Below the pieces are notes generated by a model that was given only the letters and a program-made list of their open reading frames with translations, was not told the origin of the DNA and did not search any database. The translations under genes and the position numbers were made by a program. Shown piece after piece: positions 60,308 through 63,041 of a DNA stretch of 63,041 nt; position 1 is the first letter of the stretch; every line of letters begins with the position of its first letter. The stretch is taken from contig JAEZFJ010000097.1 in the NCBI GenBank assembly GCA_023437755.1, positions 1 to 63,041 on the forward strand, written 5' to 3'. The stretch is from Pseudomonadota bacterium (GTDB lineage Bacteria > Pseudomonadota > Alphaproteobacteria > Rhizobiales > Devosiaceae).

Positions 60308-61549
60308 ATGCGATCGGTGGCTGCCGTATCCCGGCGAGCGTTCGTCACACGCGCGGCCGGTCTGGCCCTCGCCGTTCCCGCGGCGGGCAGGGTGCTCAGG
60401 GCCCAGTCGTCCGCCTCGACGGGGCGGCTGCTGATGTTCGTGGGCACGTACAGTTCGCCTGCCGCGGACCTCGTGCCTGGCCGCCACGGTCGTGGCCTCC
60501 ACATCTTCGAGGTCGACCGCACGAGCGGCGCGCTGACGCCCGTGGGCATCCACGAGCACGCGACGAGTCCGAGCGCGCTCGCCTTCGACGCAGCCGGCAC
60601 ACACCTGTACACGACCAACGCCTCCGACGTGGTCGACAACGGCACGGCCGGAACGATCAGTGCGTTTGCGGTGGACCGGGCGTCGGGACGGCTCTCGCTG
60701 CTGAACACGGTCAGTTCGGGCGGTCTGGGGCCGACCGACGTGCACCTGCACCCTTCAGGCCGGCACGTGCTGGTGGCCAACTACGGCGGCGGCTCCGTCG
60801 CCGTGCTGCCGGTGCTGGGCGACGGACGACTCGGCACGGCCACCGACGTGCAACAGACCGTGGGCGCCCTCGGGTCCACGCGTGCCAGCAGTGCGCCCCC
60901 GGGAAGTTTTGCCATCAGCGGGCACGACGCGCCCCACCCGCACATGATTCAGGCCGATGCGGCCGGCAGGTTCGTGCTTGCGCCCGATCTTGGTCTCGAC
61001 CGCATCTTCATCTGGCGGTTCGATGATGGCACCGGCACGCTCGTCCCGAACGACCCCGCTTCGGTCGCGCTGCCCCCTGGCGACGGCCCACGGCACTTCG
61101 CGTTCCATCCCAACCAGCGCTGGTTGTATTCGCTGCAGGAGGAAGGGTCGACGCTGGTGCTGTTCGACTACGACGCGACCCGTGGCCGGTTGACGTCGCG
61201 GCAGACGCTGTCGTCCCTGCCGCCGGGGTACGCCGGCAGCAACTTCACGTCGGGCATTCACGTGTCGTCGGACGGGCGCTTCGTCTACGCGGCCAACCGG
61301 CTGCACGAATCGATCGCGTGGTTTGCGGTGGGTGACGACGGCGCGCTGACGTTCGTCGACGAGGAGTGGACGCGCGGCAGCTACCCTCGGAGTTTCGCGT
61401 TCGACCCCTCGGGCGAGCTGCTCTACGTGTGCAACCAGCGCGCCGACCATCTCACGACCTTCCTTGTGGACCGTGCGACGGGCCGGCCGACGTTCACGGG
61501 CCAGTACACGGCCGTCGGCAGCCCGTCGGCCATCGCCTTCCTCGAGTGA
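60308..61549 (+). CDS. Tat-exported Pgl-family lactonase
   Basis: SRRAF twin-arginine signal; ANYGGG; PDLGLD; GPRHFAFHP; ANRLH; TATACT 7 nt before ATG. Confidence 0.9.
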   Translation: MRSVAAVSRRAFVTRAAGLALAVPAAGRVLRAQSSASTGRLLMFVGTYSSPAADLVPGRHGRGLHIFEVDRTSGALTPVGIHEHATSPSALAFDAAGTHLYTTNASDVVDNGTAGTISAFAVDRASGRLSLLNTVSSGGLGPTDVHLHPSGRHVLVANYGGGSVAVLPVLGDGRLGTATDVQQTVGALGSTRASSAPPGSFAISGHDAPHPHMIQADAAGRFVLAPDLGLDRIFIWRFDDGTGTLVPNDPASVALPPGDGPRHFAFHPNQRWLYSLQEEGSTLVLFDYDATRGRLTSRQTLSSLPPGYAGSNFTSGIHVSSDGRFVYAANRLHESIAWFAVGDDGALTFVDEEWTRGSYPRSFAFDPSGELLYVCNQRADHLTTFLVDRATGRPTFTGQYTAVGSPSAIAFLE

Positions 61550-61581
61550 GGTAGGGCCGCCTCGCCGAGGCGCTCGCTTGC

Positions 61582-62670
61582 CTACGGCTGCCGCGCCAGG
61601 ATCTTCAGCGCGTTCTCTCGGTACACCTTGCGGAGGATCTCGTCGGGCAGTCCGAACCCGTGGTACGGCCAGTGATACAGCCGCAGGGTCTCGAGATAGA
61701 AGTGCTCGTCGGTCGACTCGAGGATGCGGAAGGTCGAGCGGTACATGTCGGGGCTCGTGCCCATGTCGGTGCCGTACAGCAGCCGGTCCTGGTACTTCGC
61801 GTAGAAGGCCTGCATGTAGCGGGGAATGGGCGCCGTCTCGCCGAACCGCGCGGCGATGTCGGCATAGAGGTTCGGGTACGCGTCGAACATCCGCGCGAGC
61901 ATCGACAGGTCGAACGTCGTGTTCGCGAAGTGGCAGGCGATGAAGGTCGTGCGCGGGTGCTTCTTCACCGCCCGCTCGAGCGTGGCAATGACCTCTTCGT
62001 GCCCGAGCACGGTGGGGCCCGGTGTCACGCGCCACTTGGACGCGTTCATCAGCCCGTCGTTGGTGCCGTCCATCGGCTCGTACATCCAGCGGTCCTCCGC
62101 CACGTGGATGTTCACGGGGATGCCGAGGTCGGCCATCTTCTCGAACAGCGGGTCCATCCGCGCGTCGTCGACGTGCATGCCGCCGGAGCCGCGCAACCCG
62201 CCGCCCTTGTCGCTCAGTTCGCCGACGCCGCGCGCGCCGGCCCGCACCGCGCGCTCGAGCTCCGCGACCGCACGGGCCGGGAAGTCGGGCTGGTCGGCGC
62301 CCGAGAGGTCGAGCCCGGTCCACACCTCGAAGCGCTCTGGATGTTTCCCGAACAGCGCCATGGCGGTGTGGAACCGCGCGCCAGCGCCGCTGGCCATCAC
62401 GATCGTCTTGTCGATGCCGACGTCGTCTTTGGTGCGCAGCCAGGCCTCGACGCCGGCCGCGTCCTTCACATAGACGTGTGAGTGGACGTCGATCACCGGG
62501 AACTTCGCCTTCCGGACGTCGGTCTGCGGGATGCGGTAGATCGACTGCGGGCGGTAGTCCTTCAGCAGCAGCTGGTCGGGCGGAGTGTCGGTGGCGGGCT
62601 GCTGGGCGGCGACCGCGATGGCGCCGGTCAGCAGCGCCACCGCAGTCATCTTCAGGTCGAGTCGCGTCAT
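61582..62670 (-). CDS. secreted amidohydrolase (Amidohydro_2)
   Basis: IDVHSH; IHVAE; ACHF; LYGTD; signal peptide. Confidence 0.88.
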   Translation of the reverse strand: MTRLDLKMTAVALLTGAIAVAAQQPATDTPPDQLLLKDYRPQSIYRIPQTDVRKAKFPVIDVHSHVYVKDAAGVEAWLRTKDDVGIDKTIVMASGAGARFHTAMALFGKHPERFEVWTGLDLSGADQPDFPARAVAELERAVRAGARGVGELSDKGGGLRGSGGMHVDDARMDPLFEKMADLGIPVNIHVAEDRWMYEPMDGTNDGLMNASKWRVTPGPTVLGHEEVIATLERAVKKHPRTTFIACHFANTTFDLSMLARMFDAYPNLYADIAARFGETAPIPRYMQAFYAKYQDRLLYGTDMGTSPDMYRSTFRILESTDEHFYLETLRLYHWPYHGFGLPDEILRKVYRENALKILARQP

Positions 62671-63041
62671 CGCGCGCGCTTCTTCACGCCGAGCTCGTCG
62701 AGTGTCTTCACCATCACCGCCCCTGCGGTGTTGGTCGTGGGTGACTTGTCGATCTTCGCGATGCGCCCATCAGGTCCGACGTAGAAGGTCCAGCGAGCCG
62801 CCATCTGCTGCTCCGGGGGGCGGTCGGTGCGGATCACGCCGTAGGCCTTTGCAACGTCCTTGCCCGGGTCGGACAGGATCGGATAGTCGGCGCCCTGTTC
62901 CTTCGCGAAGCGGGCATTGGTCGGGGCGTCATCCACGCTCGCCATGAAATACGCCACGTCGTAGGTTCTGAGAATGGCGCTGCTCTCCGCGATCGACTTG
63001 CATTCGGCCGTGCACCCTCCGGTGAAGGCCTTGGGGAACCA
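62667..63041 (-). CDS. peroxiredoxin (BCP/AhpC-TSA), 5'-truncated by the window edge
   Basis: Frame is open to the edge: WFPKAFTGGCTAECKS...YPILSDP...ARWTFYVGPDG. Confidence 0.88.
   Translation of the reverse strand, partial: WFPKAFTGGCTAECKSIAESSAILRTYDVAYFMASVDDAPTNARFAKEQGADYPILSDPGKDVAKAYGVIRTDRPPEQQMAARWTFYVGPDGRIAKIDKSPTTNTAGAVMVKTLDELGVKKRAR

Noticed and set aside
62990..63041. Selenocysteine peroxiredoxin (ORF track starts downstream of the active site)
   Set aside because: The peroxidatic codon is TGC (Cys) and the frame is open; the gene is simply cut by the window edge.

Overview
The window looks like two unrelated blocks joined at a heptamer tandem repeat at about 42,866-42,929. 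The left block (1 to ~42,860, moderately high GC, SD-led genes, gammaproteobacterial gene types) carries a cytochrome c-dependent nitric oxide reductase operon (unannotated 41-aa membrane peptide, di-heme NorC, NorB, NorQ, NorD). It also carries housekeeping genes, an NfeD-stomatin pair, and an orphan prepilin translationally coupled to a membrane HAMP-GAF-GGDEF-EAL protein. Further along are a TonB-dependent receptor, a Pha/Mrp antiporter operon, an RND efflux system with a duplicated 32-bp upstream motif, an MFS transporter, a GlyGly-CTERM surface protein and many REP/MITE-like elements, one with terminal inverted repeats and a 10-bp target duplication. The right block (~42,934 to 63,041, visibly higher GC, several apparently leaderless starts) holds a ~17-kb aryl-polyene/xanthomonadin-like type II PKS/glycolipid cluster. 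That cluster encodes FabZ, a Hyg5/XanB2-type chorismatase, a DUF2062-methyltransferase, a GT-C-like membrane protein, a membrane hydrolase, an LpxL-like acyltransferase, GT2, MMPL, a LolA-like carrier, a chain-length factor, FabG, ACP, a deacetylase, a 969-aa putative LolA-fold/beta-barrel protein and a ketosynthase. A lactonase, an amidohydrolase and a truncated peroxiredoxin follow. The best candidates for undescribed biology are this cluster with its putative trans-envelope lipid export route, the pilin/c-di-GMP module and the variant cNOR. All calls come from reading motifs by eye; no database search was run.
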